A DNA stretch of 61,913 nucleotides from Planctomycetota bacterium (GTDB taxonomy: Bacteria; Planctomycetota; Phycisphaerae; WQYP01). Each line of letters begins with the position of its first letter. Positions within the stretch are counted from its first letter, which is position 1. The position numbers were made by a program, and so were the translations under genes. Below the pieces are notes generated by a model. It made no database searches. It was given only the letters and a program-made list of their open reading frames with translations, and had not been told where the DNA came from. Positions 19,675 through 28,819 of this stretch are shown in pieces. The DNA lies in contig JAJYFE010000004.1 in NCBI GenBank assembly GCA_021785435.1, forward strand, positions 1 through 61,913. The letters run 5' to 3'.

Positions 19675-20756
19675 ACATCGAAAATTCCACCGACGCCCGC
19701 CCCCTGGTGGAGCGCCTGCTGCTCGCAGCGGTCCAGCGCCGCGCCTCGGACCTGCATGTCGAACCGGTGGCCGGCGGTTATCAAGTGAAATTTCGCATCG
19801 ACGGTCTGCTGGAGCCGGCGGATACGCTGGCGTCTGAATCCGGCCAGGCCGTGGTCAATCGTCTGATGGTCCTGGCGCATCTGCTGACTTATCGCCAGAA
19901 TGTGCCGCAGGAGGGCCGCTTGAGCGCGGCCGTGGCGGATCATGGGCCGCTGGAAATGCGACTTTCCGTCATTCCCACCCGCCACGGCCTGCGGGCCGTG
20001 GTGCGCCTGCCCGCGGAACTGCTTCAACCGCGGCGGCTGACGAACTTGGCGCTGCCGCCGCCGGTCCTGGCGGCGCTGGAGCACTTCGCCCGCCAAGAGG
20101 CCGGCCTGCTGGCGGTGACCGGTCCGGCCGGTTCCGGCAAAACCACCACCGTTTACGCCCTGCTGGAATATCTGGTTGAGCACGGCGCGGGGTTGAGCAT
20201 CGTTTCGTTGGAGGACCCTATCGAGCGCGATCTGCCCGCCGTAACGCAAATTGAAGTCACGCCCTTCGGCGAATTGGATTATCAGAAAGCCCTGCGCAGC
20301 ATGCTGCGGCAGGACCCGCAGGTATTGGCCCTGGGTGAAATCCGCGACGCGGAAACCGCCTCGCTGGCGATGCAGGCGGCGCTGACCGGTCACCGGCTGG
20401 TGTGCACGATGCACGCCGGTTCGCCCGCGGCGGCCATTCGCCGCTGGTGTGAAATGGGCATCCAACGTCACCAGATTTCCAGCGCTGTGTACGGCGTGCT
20501 GACCCAGCGCCTGCTGCGCCGAAAACAGGCCGATGGGTACGGCGGCCGCGTGCCGGTGGCCCAATTCGCCGTGGTCGATGAAAGTCTCCGCCAGGCGATC
20601 TTAAACGACTCCGACACCGCCGCCCTGCAAGCCGCCATGGCCCGCCAGCCGGGCTATCAAACCCTGCACGCCTGTGCCGCGGAACTGGTCGCGCAGCGCG
20701 TCACCGATTATCCGGAAGTCCTCCGCGTCCTCGGCCCACCAGCCGGTTCCTGCTAA
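19671..20756 (+). CDS. gspE: GspE/PilB-family secretion ATPase (short form)
   Basis: ASDLHVEP, Walker A GPAGSGKTTT, Asp box and Walker B (LRQDPQVLALGEIRD), His box TGHRLVCTMHA. The GTG start overlaps the stop of the preceding gene. Confidence 0.8.
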   Translation: MNIENSTDARPLVERLLLAAVQRRASDLHVEPVAGGYQVKFRIDGLLEPADTLASESGQAVVNRLMVLAHLLTYRQNVPQEGRLSAAVADHGPLEMRLSVIPTRHGLRAVVRLPAELLQPRRLTNLALPPPVLAALEHFARQEAGLLAVTGPAGSGKTTTVYALLEYLVEHGAGLSIVSLEDPIERDLPAVTQIEVTPFGELDYQKALRSMLRQDPQVLALGEIRDAETASLAMQAALTGHRLVCTMHAGSPAAAIRRWCEMGIQRHQISSAVYGVLTQRLLRRKQADGYGGRVPVAQFAVVDESLRQAILNDSDTAALQAAMARQPGYQTLHACAAELVAQRVTDYPEVLRVLGPPAGSC

Positions 20757-21321
20757 CGCGACAATATCGCGCGGGTTCAAGAATGAAAGCAACTGGGGGG
20801 GCGGCCTTCCAGGCCGCCGGTTCGTCGGGCCGTCGTCCCTGCCCTGCGGGCACTCTCCGGAGGCGAGTCTTCGACCTGCGGAGGATGAAAATATGCCTAG
20901 CCCTCCCGATAATCCCGATGGATTTCGGGAGATAAGCGCAGGGTTCGGGGTGCCCGAGGTCAAGCGGGCCCCGTCGCTGCGGTTTAGTCGCCCGCGGCGA
21001 CCGCCGGGCTATGAAGGAAGGGGGCGCAGCCATTTTCAGAACAGGAAGGCAGCCCCGTGGACCAAGCCCGGGGCGATCGACCACCGCGTTGCCCGCGGAC
21101 CGCTCCCGCACCGCCGAAAGGCCATCAGTGAAAGGCGATCACTGAAAGCTGAGAATTGATCGCTGACGGCTGAAAGCTGATCGCCGGCAGCTGGTCGAAG
21201 AATCACCAGGGACCCCCAGCCCCGCCATTTTCAGGCCCGGACCAGGCCAAACCGTTGGTATGATAAAATAACGCCGTCCATTATACTATCAAACGCAGCA
21301 ACGAAAGGCAGAGGCTTAGCT

Positions 21322-22566
21322 ATGTATGCACGATACCTCCAAGACTCTCTGCTTGCAGCCCTGGTGGATACACCGGTGGTTTTTCTGCAGGGACCTCGCC
21401 AAAGTGGTAAGAGCACACTGGTGCAGTTCCTGCTCGCCGGTCCCCAACCTGCCCGATACATCACGCTCGACGATCCGGCCGTCCTGGCTGCGGCCGGCGC
21501 ATCACCCCATGATTTTATCGCCCGCCTGGACCCTCCGGTGGCGATCGACGAGGTGCAGCTTGTACCGGAGCTTTTCCGCGCCATCAAGCGGGCGGTTGAT
21601 GCCGAGCGCAAGCCAGGTCGTTTTCTGCTGAGCGGTTCCTCGAATGTGCTCTTAGCGCCGAAGCTATCGGAATCGCTGGCCGGGCGCATGGAAATTCTGA
21701 CCCTTTGGCCGCTTTCCCAGGGAGAAATCGCCGGCGCACGAGAAGGTTTTATCGACGCTGCGTTCAGCGCCGGGTCGTGGCCGGCGGTGCCGCCCGTTTC
21801 GCTGACACGCCGCGCTTTGGTGCAGGCCATCTTGGCCGGAGGCTATCCCGAAGCGGTCGCACGCACCGATGCCAACCGCCGCGCGGCCTGGTTCAACTCT
21901 TACCTTACCACGATCATCGAACGCGATATCCGCCATCTCGCCGCGATCGAGGGCTTGACCCAAATGCCGCGGCTTCTGACCCTTCTGGCGGCGCAAACCG
22001 GTGGACTGCTTAATGTCGCCGGGCTTTCACGCGACCTGGGATGGACCCAGCCCACGCTGGCGCGCTACCTGACGCTGCTTCAGGCGACGCACCTGTATCG
22101 ACCGCTGCCGGCGTGGCTGACCACTGCGCGGCAGCGGTTGATTAAACGCGAAAAGGTGTACCTCGGCGACACCGGTCTGGCGGGGCACCTGCGCAAAGCC
22201 GCCCTGCCGGCACTGGTGGAGGGGACGGATAACTTAGGTCCTTTGTTGGAAGCTTTCGTCGGCCAAGAATTACGCAAGCAAGCCAGTTGGAGCTGCGCCC
22301 GGCCTGACTTATTCTACTACCGCACCGTGACGGGCCGAGAGGTGGATTTTGTGCTCGAAGGCCGGGATGGTCGCGTGGTCGGTATTGAGGTTAAGGCCAG
22401 TGTGAGCATATCGGCTGCTGATCTGGCGGGCCTGCGGGACCTGGCGGGGACCGCGGGCAAGAAGTTCGTCCGGGGCATGGTCCTGTACTTGGGTCGTGAA
22501 GTGCTGCCGTTCGGGGAAGATATCCTGGCCATGCCCGTGACACATCTCTGGATGACGGCGCCGTGA
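21322..22566 (+). CDS. AAA ATPase with DUF4143 (AAA_14 family)
   Basis: Walker A GPRQSGKST, Walker B IDEVQ, and a C-terminal block (FYYRTVTGREVDFVLE...GIEVKAS) typical of DUF4143 proteins. Confidence 0.8.
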   Translation: MYARYLQDSLLAALVDTPVVFLQGPRQSGKSTLVQFLLAGPQPARYITLDDPAVLAAAGASPHDFIARLDPPVAIDEVQLVPELFRAIKRAVDAERKPGRFLLSGSSNVLLAPKLSESLAGRMEILTLWPLSQGEIAGAREGFIDAAFSAGSWPAVPPVSLTRRALVQAILAGGYPEAVARTDANRRAAWFNSYLTTIIERDIRHLAAIEGLTQMPRLLTLLAAQTGGLLNVAGLSRDLGWTQPTLARYLTLLQATHLYRPLPAWLTTARQRLIKREKVYLGDTGLAGHLRKAALPALVEGTDNLGPLLEAFVGQELRKQASWSCARPDLFYYRTVTGREVDFVLEGRDGRVVGIEVKASVSISAADLAGLRDLAGTAGKKFVRGMVLYLGREVLPFGEDILAMPVTHLWMTAP

Positions 22567-22706
22567 CGCCGGAGATGGCCCCTTCCGCCCGTGGCCCGTT
22601 GGCCTGCGCCAAAACCGAACAACACAACCTTTCAATACTTCTTGACATCTACCCAGGCCTGGCATAAATTGAACCGGTCCGTCCAGTCAGCGAAGAGGGG
22701 AGGCTT

Positions 22707-23990
22707 ATGGCCGGGGCTTTGAACCGCGGTTTCGCCTATCGCGCCCGCCTTTCCAGCGGCGAAGAAATCACCGGCACGCTTAATGCCGCCGATGCGGATG
22801 CCGCGCGGCACAGCTTGGAATCCATGCAGTTGCAGGTGGCCCAGCTTTGGCCGGCCGGTCCAGCCATCCGGGGCCAACCGCTTTCCGCGCAGGATTTGAA
22901 AACCTTCAACCAGCAACTGGCCATGCTGGTCAAGGCCGGTCTGCCGGTGGAATCCGGGCTGCGATTGCTCGGCTCGGAAATGGGCCGCGGCCGGTTGGCC
23001 CGGGCGATGGACGGCGTGGCCCACGATCTGGAAAGCGGCCTGTCCCTGCCGCAGGCCATCGCAAAAAGCAAAGGCCGGTTTCCCGCCGATTACGGCCCGC
23101 TGCTCGAAGCCGGCGTCAAGAGCCATAATCTCGCCGCCGTGCTGATGAATCTGGGTTTCCACGTGGACCTTTCCGAAAAACTGCGCGAAGCGCTGCGCCG
23201 GGCGCTGGCCTATCCCCTATTTGTCTTTATCGCCATGCTGGGAGTATTGAGCTTACTGGGCCTGTTCGTTCTGCCGCGCTATCAGCAGATGTATGGCCAG
23301 TTGGTGCGAACGTGGAGGCGTAGCGCCGTCCAATATAACTTTGTGAATGGCCGGTTCCAGGCGCGCGTACTGTCGTTTCCGACATCTACGCGGATGCTGA
23401 TGACCGTCGGCCAATACACCCCACAGATTCTTATGGCCTTGGGCGCTCTGGTCGTCGCGGCGCTCATCTTCTGGATAGTCTTTCGCCATCGCCGTCTCAT
23501 GCTGCATCTGCGCGATGCCGCAGCGCTGCATCTGCCGCTGCTGGGCGTGGCCTTGCGGCAACAGTTACTCGCCCGCTGGATCCACGGCCTGAAAATCGGC
23601 ATCGATGCGGGGCTGGATTTACCCGCCGCCATTGAGCTGGCCGGCGCCATCGCCGGCTCCCCGGCGCTCCAGGCCGATGGCCGCCAGATGGCCCGGAGCC
23701 TTTCTTTGGGTCTGGAATTGGACCAGACGCCGCGGGGGAACATGTTGCCGAAAATAGTTCCGGCGACGCTGCAATTGGCGGTTAAACAGAACAATCTGTC
23801 CGACACGGCCGGCACGCTGGCCCAATCGTTCCGGCGCCAGGCCGAACACCGTACGGCGGTGATTCCGGCGGTGCTCTCGCCGGTCTTGTTACTCTTGTTG
23901 GCGGTTACGGTGGGCTTCGTGATCTACGCCATGCTGGCGCCGCTGATCGGATTACTCAAAATAATGGAAATGTATACGTTTCTGCGGTGA
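22707..23990 (+). CDS. gspF: Type II secretion / type IV pilus platform protein GspF/PilC family
   Basis: Two T2SSF-like repeats (FNQQLAMLVKAGLPVESGLRLL... and LKIGIDAGLDLPAAIELAG...) and 3 TM segments. Confidence 0.8.
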   Translation: MAGALNRGFAYRARLSSGEEITGTLNAADADAARHSLESMQLQVAQLWPAGPAIRGQPLSAQDLKTFNQQLAMLVKAGLPVESGLRLLGSEMGRGRLARAMDGVAHDLESGLSLPQAIAKSKGRFPADYGPLLEAGVKSHNLAAVLMNLGFHVDLSEKLREALRRALAYPLFVFIAMLGVLSLLGLFVLPRYQQMYGQLVRTWRRSAVQYNFVNGRFQARVLSFPTSTRMLMTVGQYTPQILMALGALVVAALIFWIVFRHRRLMLHLRDAAALHLPLLGVALRQQLLARWIHGLKIGIDAGLDLPAAIELAGAIAGSPALQADGRQMARSLSLGLELDQTPRGNMLPKIVPATLQLAVKQNNLSDTAGTLAQSFRRQAEHRTAVIPAVLSPVLLLLLAVTVGFVIYAMLAPLIGLLKIMEMYTFLR

Positions 23991-23996
23991 CGGGGC

Positions 23997-25436
23997 ATGG
24001 GCGTGTCAGTGAGGCGACGACAAGCAGGCGTCGGGCGCGAGGTGCGGCGCCCCGCTATTCCGGGAGGTCGGCGTCGGTGGCAGGCGTCACTGCCGGGCTG
24101 GCTGGCCATCGTGCTGGTGGTGGTGCCCTTCGTCGTGTTTCTCGGGCTCAACGCCCACCGGGAGTACGGCGCCTACGAGCTCTATCGAGCCACCTCTTAT
24201 TTTTCCCCCCGTCCCCCGCTGCCTCCGTGGATCTGGGTCCCGCTGCACACCTTCACCACCATGAACTTCTTCCGGGTAATCCTCCAGCCAATTAACCTGG
24301 CGCTTGGCCTGGCGGTCGCCTTTATTCTTTGCACGGTGGCCGGGGCAGGGTATTTCGCCGCCCGCCGACGGGCTAATGCCATCGGGGATCATCTCGATCA
24401 AGCGGTCCGGCTCGGCCATCCGTTGCCCGAATCGTTGCGGATTGCCGGGGAAGGCGAGCGCGGCAAGCTGGCTGGGAGCCTGCTGGCCACGGCGGAGCTG
24501 CTCCGGCGGGGCAAACCGCTCGACGAAAGTCTGGCCGTAGCGGCACCCGAGATTTCCCGGCGCGATCTCGCCATAATCGCCGATGCGGGAACGTCCGGTA
24601 AGTTGCCGCAAGCGTTAGAGCGGCTCCGAGCGGAGCGGGCGGTGTGGCATTACAGCGGAGAGCTGCTGCCGATGTATATCGCCTACGCGGCCACATTGTT
24701 GCTGGTGCTGTTTCTGGCGCTGGCCGTCGCCTGGGGGGTCATCCTGCCGAAGGCGATCTACGGCTTGGGCGCGTTCTCACCGCCGGCAACGGTACCGCTT
24801 CCTGCAAGGCAGCACCTGGAGGTATTGTGGTCGCACGCGGCGGCGGCCACCAGCGCATGTTTTTTCTTTGCGTCGCTGCTGATTGGTTCGGCCGCAGCGG
24901 TGGTCTTGCTTCGCTGGGTATTCACCCCTTACGGCCACCGTTGGCCCCGGACGGCGTGGCTCTGGGATCGCCTGCTGTGGTACCTGCCCGTGGCCCGCAC
25001 CCTGGAGCGCAGCCGTTCCTGGGCGGCGGCGATGGACGTGCTGGCGCACGGCGTTGAGGAAGGCGATGAATTCCCGGCCCTGGTGGAATCCGCCGCCAAC
25101 GCCGGCGTTAACGGCAGGGCTCGGCGAAAACTATTGGTGTGGAAAAAGGCCTTGGAAAACGGCGCCGCCATTGATGCCGCCGCCCGTGCCGCCCATTTGC
25201 CGCGTTTGATCTGCAATATGCTGCCTGCGGATAACACGGGCTCCCTGCCGGGGGCGCTTGCCTGCCTGCACGCATGGTACCGCCATCGCTTCACCCAGTG
25301 GGCGGACATGATCCGCGGCGCCTTTATTCCAGTTTTTGTGCTGGGCTGCGGCATAGTGGTTCTCGGCGTCACGCTCCTACTGTGGGCGCCTTACGTCGAG
25401 TTAATACGGCTGCTGGAACTGCAAGGGCCGTTATGA
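23997..25436 (+). CDS. Second GspF-like platform protein (divergent; start uncertain)
   Basis: T2SSF-like segments (LDQAVRLGHPLPESLRIAGEG...IADAGTSGKLPQALERL and VEEGDEFPALVESAAN) plus TM helices. The first ~40 codons are Arg/Gly-rich and may be non-coding. Confidence 0.6.
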   Translation: MGVSVRRRQAGVGREVRRPAIPGGRRRWQASLPGWLAIVLVVVPFVVFLGLNAHREYGAYELYRATSYFSPRPPLPPWIWVPLHTFTTMNFFRVILQPINLALGLAVAFILCTVAGAGYFAARRRANAIGDHLDQAVRLGHPLPESLRIAGEGERGKLAGSLLATAELLRRGKPLDESLAVAAPEISRRDLAIIADAGTSGKLPQALERLRAERAVWHYSGELLPMYIAYAATLLLVLFLALAVAWGVILPKAIYGLGAFSPPATVPLPARQHLEVLWSHAAAATSACFFFASLLIGSAAAVVLLRWVFTPYGHRWPRTAWLWDRLLWYLPVARTLERSRSWAAAMDVLAHGVEEGDEFPALVESAANAGVNGRARRKLLVWKKALENGAAIDAAARAAHLPRLICNMLPADNTGSLPGALACLHAWYRHRFTQWADMIRGAFIPVFVLGCGIVVLGVTLLLWAPYVELIRLLELQGPL

Positions 25437-25783
25437 TGCGAAAGGACCGTGCCTTCATCCTGCTGGATTTTGTGCTGGGCATCACGCTGGTGTTGATCCT
25501 GGCTGGTGTATTCGCCCATGCGTTGTGGCAAACGAATCGCGGTATCCGTACCGAGCAAAGCCTGCGCCATTGCCTTCGCGCGGAACAGACCATTCTGCAA
25601 AATTATCTGGCCGGTGCTCCCCCGACTCCGCCCCCACGGTTTTCGGCCAGTAAGCTATCCACTCCCGCGCCGGCGGGTTATCAATGGGTGGTCATGCGCC
25701 GCCATCTCGGTCACGGCGAAGTCACGCTGTCCGGTTTGGTGCCGCTGTCCGCGAAACTGTCGCAGCGAAGGAAAGTGCGCTGA
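25433..25783 (+). CDS. Pseudopilin-like small protein
   Basis: ATGATG overlaps the upstream stop. MMRKDRAFILLDFVLGITLVLILAGVF resembles a degenerate prepilin N-terminal helix (FILLD in place of FTLIE). Confidence 0.45.
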   Translation: MMRKDRAFILLDFVLGITLVLILAGVFAHALWQTNRGIRTEQSLRHCLRAEQTILQNYLAGAPPTPPPRFSASKLSTPAPAGYQWVVMRRHLGHGEVTLSGLVPLSAKLSQRRKVR

Positions 25784-25906
25784 TGACGCGATGCTCTCCA
25801 GCTCCAGGTACGTCCGCGGAATCGTCGCGGCCAGAACAGCAACTGGTCTTCGTAGCCCGGAGCGTTAGCGACGGGGCTAGGCGCAGCGGCGGGACGCTTA
25901 GCCCAT

Positions 25907-26061
25907 CGCTTATCCCGACCGGGTCGGGACTTTCAGCGCTCTGGGCTGTGCAAGGGCGCCGTTCCGATGGCGTACCCCGCGGGCGCGAAACGATTGCCCT
26001 GGAAACGACACTGGCGAGCGATCCTGTCGCTTATCCCGACCGGGTCGGGACTTCCAGTGCT
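25907..26061. repeat. Two copies of the 34-nt element CGCTTATCCCGACCGGGTCGGGACTT(T/C)CAG(C/T)GCT, 121 bp apart, enclosing copy 3 of the dispersed ~55-nt element
   Basis: Copies at 25907-25940 and 26028-26061 differ at 2 positions. Each contains the hairpin TCCCGAC-CGG-GTCGGGA. Bases 25973-26020 (TACCCCGCGGGCGCGAAACGATTGCCCTGGAAACGACACTGGCGAGCG) match the 15.5/15.7-kb element. Confidence 0.85.
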
Positions 26062-26142
26062 CCGGGCTATGAAGAATGGTCGGCTCGAAAGGTCCACTCG
26101 TGCTTCGTGTCTTCGCGGCGGAGCCTGTCCCGATTTCCTCTC

Positions 26143-26634
26143 ATTCTTTCCAGATATCGGGATGTCAAGAAAGCCGGTTTCACCGTCATTGAAATGGTCG
26201 CCGCGCTGCTCATCATGGGCGTGTTTCTGTTGATCTCCGGTACGTTGTGGATGCAATGTGTCGGCGCCTTCGGCAAGACGGCGTCTTTGGAAAATCGCCA
26301 GGCCCTCTGGAGCCAGATGGTCCACCGGCTGGGCCGCGATGTGTGGACTGCCCGGAAAATCGAGATGAAAGGTGCTCGGGAACTGATCTGCCGCTATGGC
26401 TCGCAAGATTGGGTCGACTGGCGCGTTCAGCGCCGCGGTGTGATCCGGCGCATCCGCTGGCGCGCCAGGCTGGCGGGCTGGCCCGTTACCTGGACGCACT
26501 TCGGGGCTGTGGTACGTTTCGGCCCAGCGCCTAAAGCGGTGCAGTTGCTGGTGTTCCGTCACGGCCGCCAGCGCACCATTACGCTGCCGGCCGAGCTGCG
26601 GTTGCTGCAGGCACTTGCCGAAAGGGAGCGCTGA
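26143..26634 (+). CDS. Prepilin-type N-terminal cleavage/methylation domain protein (pseudopilin); start codon unresolved
   Basis: KKAGFTVIEMVAALLIMGVFLLISG is a canonical G/FTxxE prepilin motif, but the first ATG in frame (26194) lies after it. The only start-like codon shortly upstream is ATT at 26143. The 5-prime 150 codons of track ORF 25684..26634 run through repeat DNA. Confidence 0.55.
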   Translation: MLSRYRDVKKAGFTVIEMVAALLIMGVFLLISGTLWMQCVGAFGKTASLENRQALWSQMVHRLGRDVWTARKIEMKGARELICRYGSQDWVDWRVQRRGVIRRIRWRARLAGWPVTWTHFGAVVRFGPAPKAVQLLVFRHGRQRTITLPAELRLLQALAERER

Positions 26635-27056
26635 TGTCGCCTTTCCACCGAATCCCTGAAATCAGCTCCGGCTTTGCAATGGTCATGGCTTTGTTTCTTA
26701 TGGCGATCATCGCGATTCTGCTATTGGTAATGTCCGCCGCGTTCATGCGCCAGGTGCAGAGCGCCCGTGGCCTGCAGCGGCGGCTTCAGCTGCAGCAGCT
26801 GCTGACCGCCGGGGCGCTGGATGTGCTCGTCCATAGCCGTCGCTGGGGCACCGCCGCGTCCGCCGCCCATTGGACCGTGCCGCTGCCGTCCGTTCTGGCC
26901 GCCGCCGGCGGGGCCGTACGGATCGCCGTTGCGCCGGTCGGGGCCTCTCAACTGCGAGCCACGGTGCGGGCGGCTTTCGAGCACGCCCAAGCCCGGCAGG
27001 TGATGACGCTGCGGTGGTTCGAGAAGCAGTGGCGGGTGGCGCGACTGAAACGGTGA
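26634..27056 (+). CDS. Pseudopilin/GspK-like small protein
   Basis: ATGA-type overlap with the upstream gene. The hydrophobic N-terminal helix SSGFAMVMALFLMAIIAILLLVMSAAF resembles minor pseudopilins. Confidence 0.4.
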   Translation: MSPFHRIPEISSGFAMVMALFLMAIIAILLLVMSAAFMRQVQSARGLQRRLQLQQLLTAGALDVLVHSRRWGTAASAAHWTVPLPSVLAAAGGAVRIAVAPVGASQLRATVRAAFEHAQARQVMTLRWFEKQWRVARLKR

Positions 27057-27124
27057 GGAAGGTCCCGTACAGGTTCATATGCCCACCTTTGGGATGTTCT
27101 TTCCGGCCCTTGTGCTGATCGGGG

Positions 27125-27530
27125 CTATGTGGCGGGTGCCGGAAGGGCTCGGGCGCTGGCGCGGAAGGGGGCCGGGGCCGCTGGGCCGCGATGAGGCTTC
27201 CGGGATGGTCTAACAGGCACGCCGTGCCACAATGCGAGCACCGCTCGTAGAGCCGTGCCAATAGGTCGGCGAGGAGCAGGTCGATCGCGTTGTTGTGTTA
27301 CGAGCGTCTCCACGAGGAATGCCGCCGCGGCACCGTTGCGGCGCGGTTGGCGGATCGGTTGAACGCGGGGATCATCGCGTTGCAGTCGCTTGGTTGGCGC
27401 AGCAGCGTCCGCCGGTAAGGTTCCGTGGGCGCGGTGCCGTGGGTCATCTCCGCTCTCGGCCGAAGGCCCGTGTACCGCTGCACTTCGTACAGCGACAGCC
27501 TGGAAGCGGACCAGCAGTGGCCCGCCATTG
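27125..27530 (-). pseudogene. Decayed paralogue of the 34065..34817 gene (island-border remnant)
   Basis: The minus-strand reading ...PSDCNAMIPAF...RRS*HNNAIDLLLADLLARLYERCSHCGTACLLDHPGSLIAAQRPRPPSAPAPEP parallels ...ASDPCVTVGVS...GRRLADLLARLYERCSQGGEAGLLYWPGGLAAAPRPPSPFAPSPGP of the 250-aa protein at 34065..34817. It is interrupted by a TAA at 27295-27297. Confidence 0.45.
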
Positions 27531-27726
27531 GCTAAGCTTCGAGTACAGGCGTTTTAGCTTTAGGGGCGGTGTCGGCCGTTGCGAGCGTTCAAGGCCTGCG
27601 ACCCAGCAAGCCAGCCCACCCGAAACTCAAACCCACTGGTGCAAGCACCCGGCTTGCCGATTTTTTTCCAACCCAAGCGCCCGATGTGACAACTATTATT
27701 TTTGTTATATAATAGGAACGTAGTAG

Positions 27727-27755
27727 TTGACTGTAAAGTATATCGGAGTTATAGT
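27727..27755 (+). promoter_or_regulatory. Near-consensus sigma70 promoter abutting the start codon (possible leaderless mRNA)
   Basis: TTGACT (27727-27732), a 17-nt spacer, then TATAGT (27750-27755), set in a conspicuously AT-rich ~100-bp patch. In-frame ATGs follow at 27756 and 27765. Confidence 0.4.
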
Positions 27756-28439
27756 ATGAATGGCATGGAAAAACCTGGCCCAGACCGAGAGGCGCTGCGA
27801 CATCTCGCCGATACCGGTGAAGCGCCGAAAAAGGCGTTCGAGGTGCTGGCCAAGCGGCAGCGGAAACGGCGGGAACTGAGCTTGGAAGTTCTCATGCAGG
27901 AACTGCGGGCCGACGGGGTGGAGATTACCAGAGCCCAGGCTTACTCATTTTTCAAGGAGTTGGAGCGTTGCGGCTGTGGCAGAATTAAACTGGGGCGCGG
28001 CAGTCGCCCCACACGGTTCCGCTGGCGCTACACGATGCGATCCATCGCCCAGTTGGCGCTGGGCCAAACGGACACGGTCGAGATCATGCCGGAGCTGGAC
28101 GCCGAGGAAATAGACAACGGCGAGGGGACAGCCCCGGCGCCGCCCGACAATACAGCGCACCAGGACGGCCCGGCTCTGTGTGAGAAATATGAGAAAGCTA
28201 TGGGCCGGTCCGATCCGCAGGCCCCCGTGCCGTCCCCTCGCGAAGGCGGCATGGGGGACACGGCCACACCCAGTGACCGGGGTATTCGCATCGTGAACTA
28301 TCCATACCCGTTGCGGCCGGGGTTGCTGGTCTCAGTCTCCTTGCCGGTGGATATGACCACGCAGGAGGCGGAGAGGATGGCGGCGTATATCAAAACGTTG
28401 GCCGCGGCCACACCGCAAAAGGCGGCGTGCAGCCCTTAG
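27756..28439 (+). CDS. Hypothetical protein, possibly DNA-binding (only plus-strand gene at the island edge)
   Basis: ORF in the frame of track 27702..28439. N-terminal helical region (ITRAQAYSFFKELERCGCGRIKLGRG), an acidic/Pro-rich linker, and the C-terminal block YPYPLRPGLLVSVSLPVDMTTQEAERMAAYIKTL. Its stop overlaps the stop of the convergent HEPN gene. No family assigned. Confidence 0.5.
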   Translation: MNGMEKPGPDREALRHLADTGEAPKKAFEVLAKRQRKRRELSLEVLMQELRADGVEITRAQAYSFFKELERCGCGRIKLGRGSRPTRFRWRYTMRSIAQLALGQTDTVEIMPELDAEEIDNGEGTAPAPPDNTAHQDGPALCEKYEKAMGRSDPQAPVPSPREGGMGDTATPSDRGIRIVNYPYPLRPGLLVSVSLPVDMTTQEAERMAAYIKTLAAATPQKAACSP

Positions 28440-28819
28440 GGTAGCGGTGGGGCGAATATTTCGGGGTGGTCCTTTTTAAGGCCTTGAAGCGTCTCGGCCA
28501 CAGTACCGTGGACACCCGCCGGATTGTTCATCTCGTCGTCGTAGTCGGCTTGGTTCCTGTACTGGCGTAGGCGCCCCAGCTGCTCCCCCAGCCTTCGTCT
28601 GCCCATATCCGCACTGATTTTCAGCGTACGGACTACTTCTTGATGCACCTCCGCTTTGGTGGAGAACCTATGTCCTTCCGCTTCGAGGAACTGTCGCACC
28701 AAGTTGAACGCGCCGTAATATCCACGGCTGATACCCGCGCGCAGGCGAGCTTCCGCATTTCCGGCCATTGCATGCGGAGAATCGCACAGGAGCAGGAACT
28801 GGCGCCAGTCGAACCCCAT
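28436..28819 (-). CDS. HEPN-domain protein
   Basis: ISRGYYGAFNLVRQFLEAEGHRFSTKAEVHQEVV...LGRLRQYRNQADYD matches the classical HEPN pattern (sRaYYa.fha...G....H......R..adY). Its start is coupled to the upstream gene by TAATG. Confidence 0.65.
   Translation of the reverse strand: MGFDWRQFLLLCDSPHAMAGNAEARLRAGISRGYYGAFNLVRQFLEAEGHRFSTKAEVHQEVVRTLKISADMGRRRLGEQLGRLRQYRNQADYDDEMNNPAGVHGTVAETLQGLKKDHPEIFAPPLP

Noticed and set aside
20757-21321. Coding potential or a terminator in the gspE-ATPase spacer (ORFs 20674..21159 and 20701..21111; hairpin GGCGGCC-TTCCA-GGCCGCC near 20806; GATCACTGAAAGCTGA-like repeats near 21130-21190).
   Set aside because: The ORFs are motif-less and overlap each other on opposite strands. 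The hairpin lacks a U-tract, and the repeats are short and degenerate.
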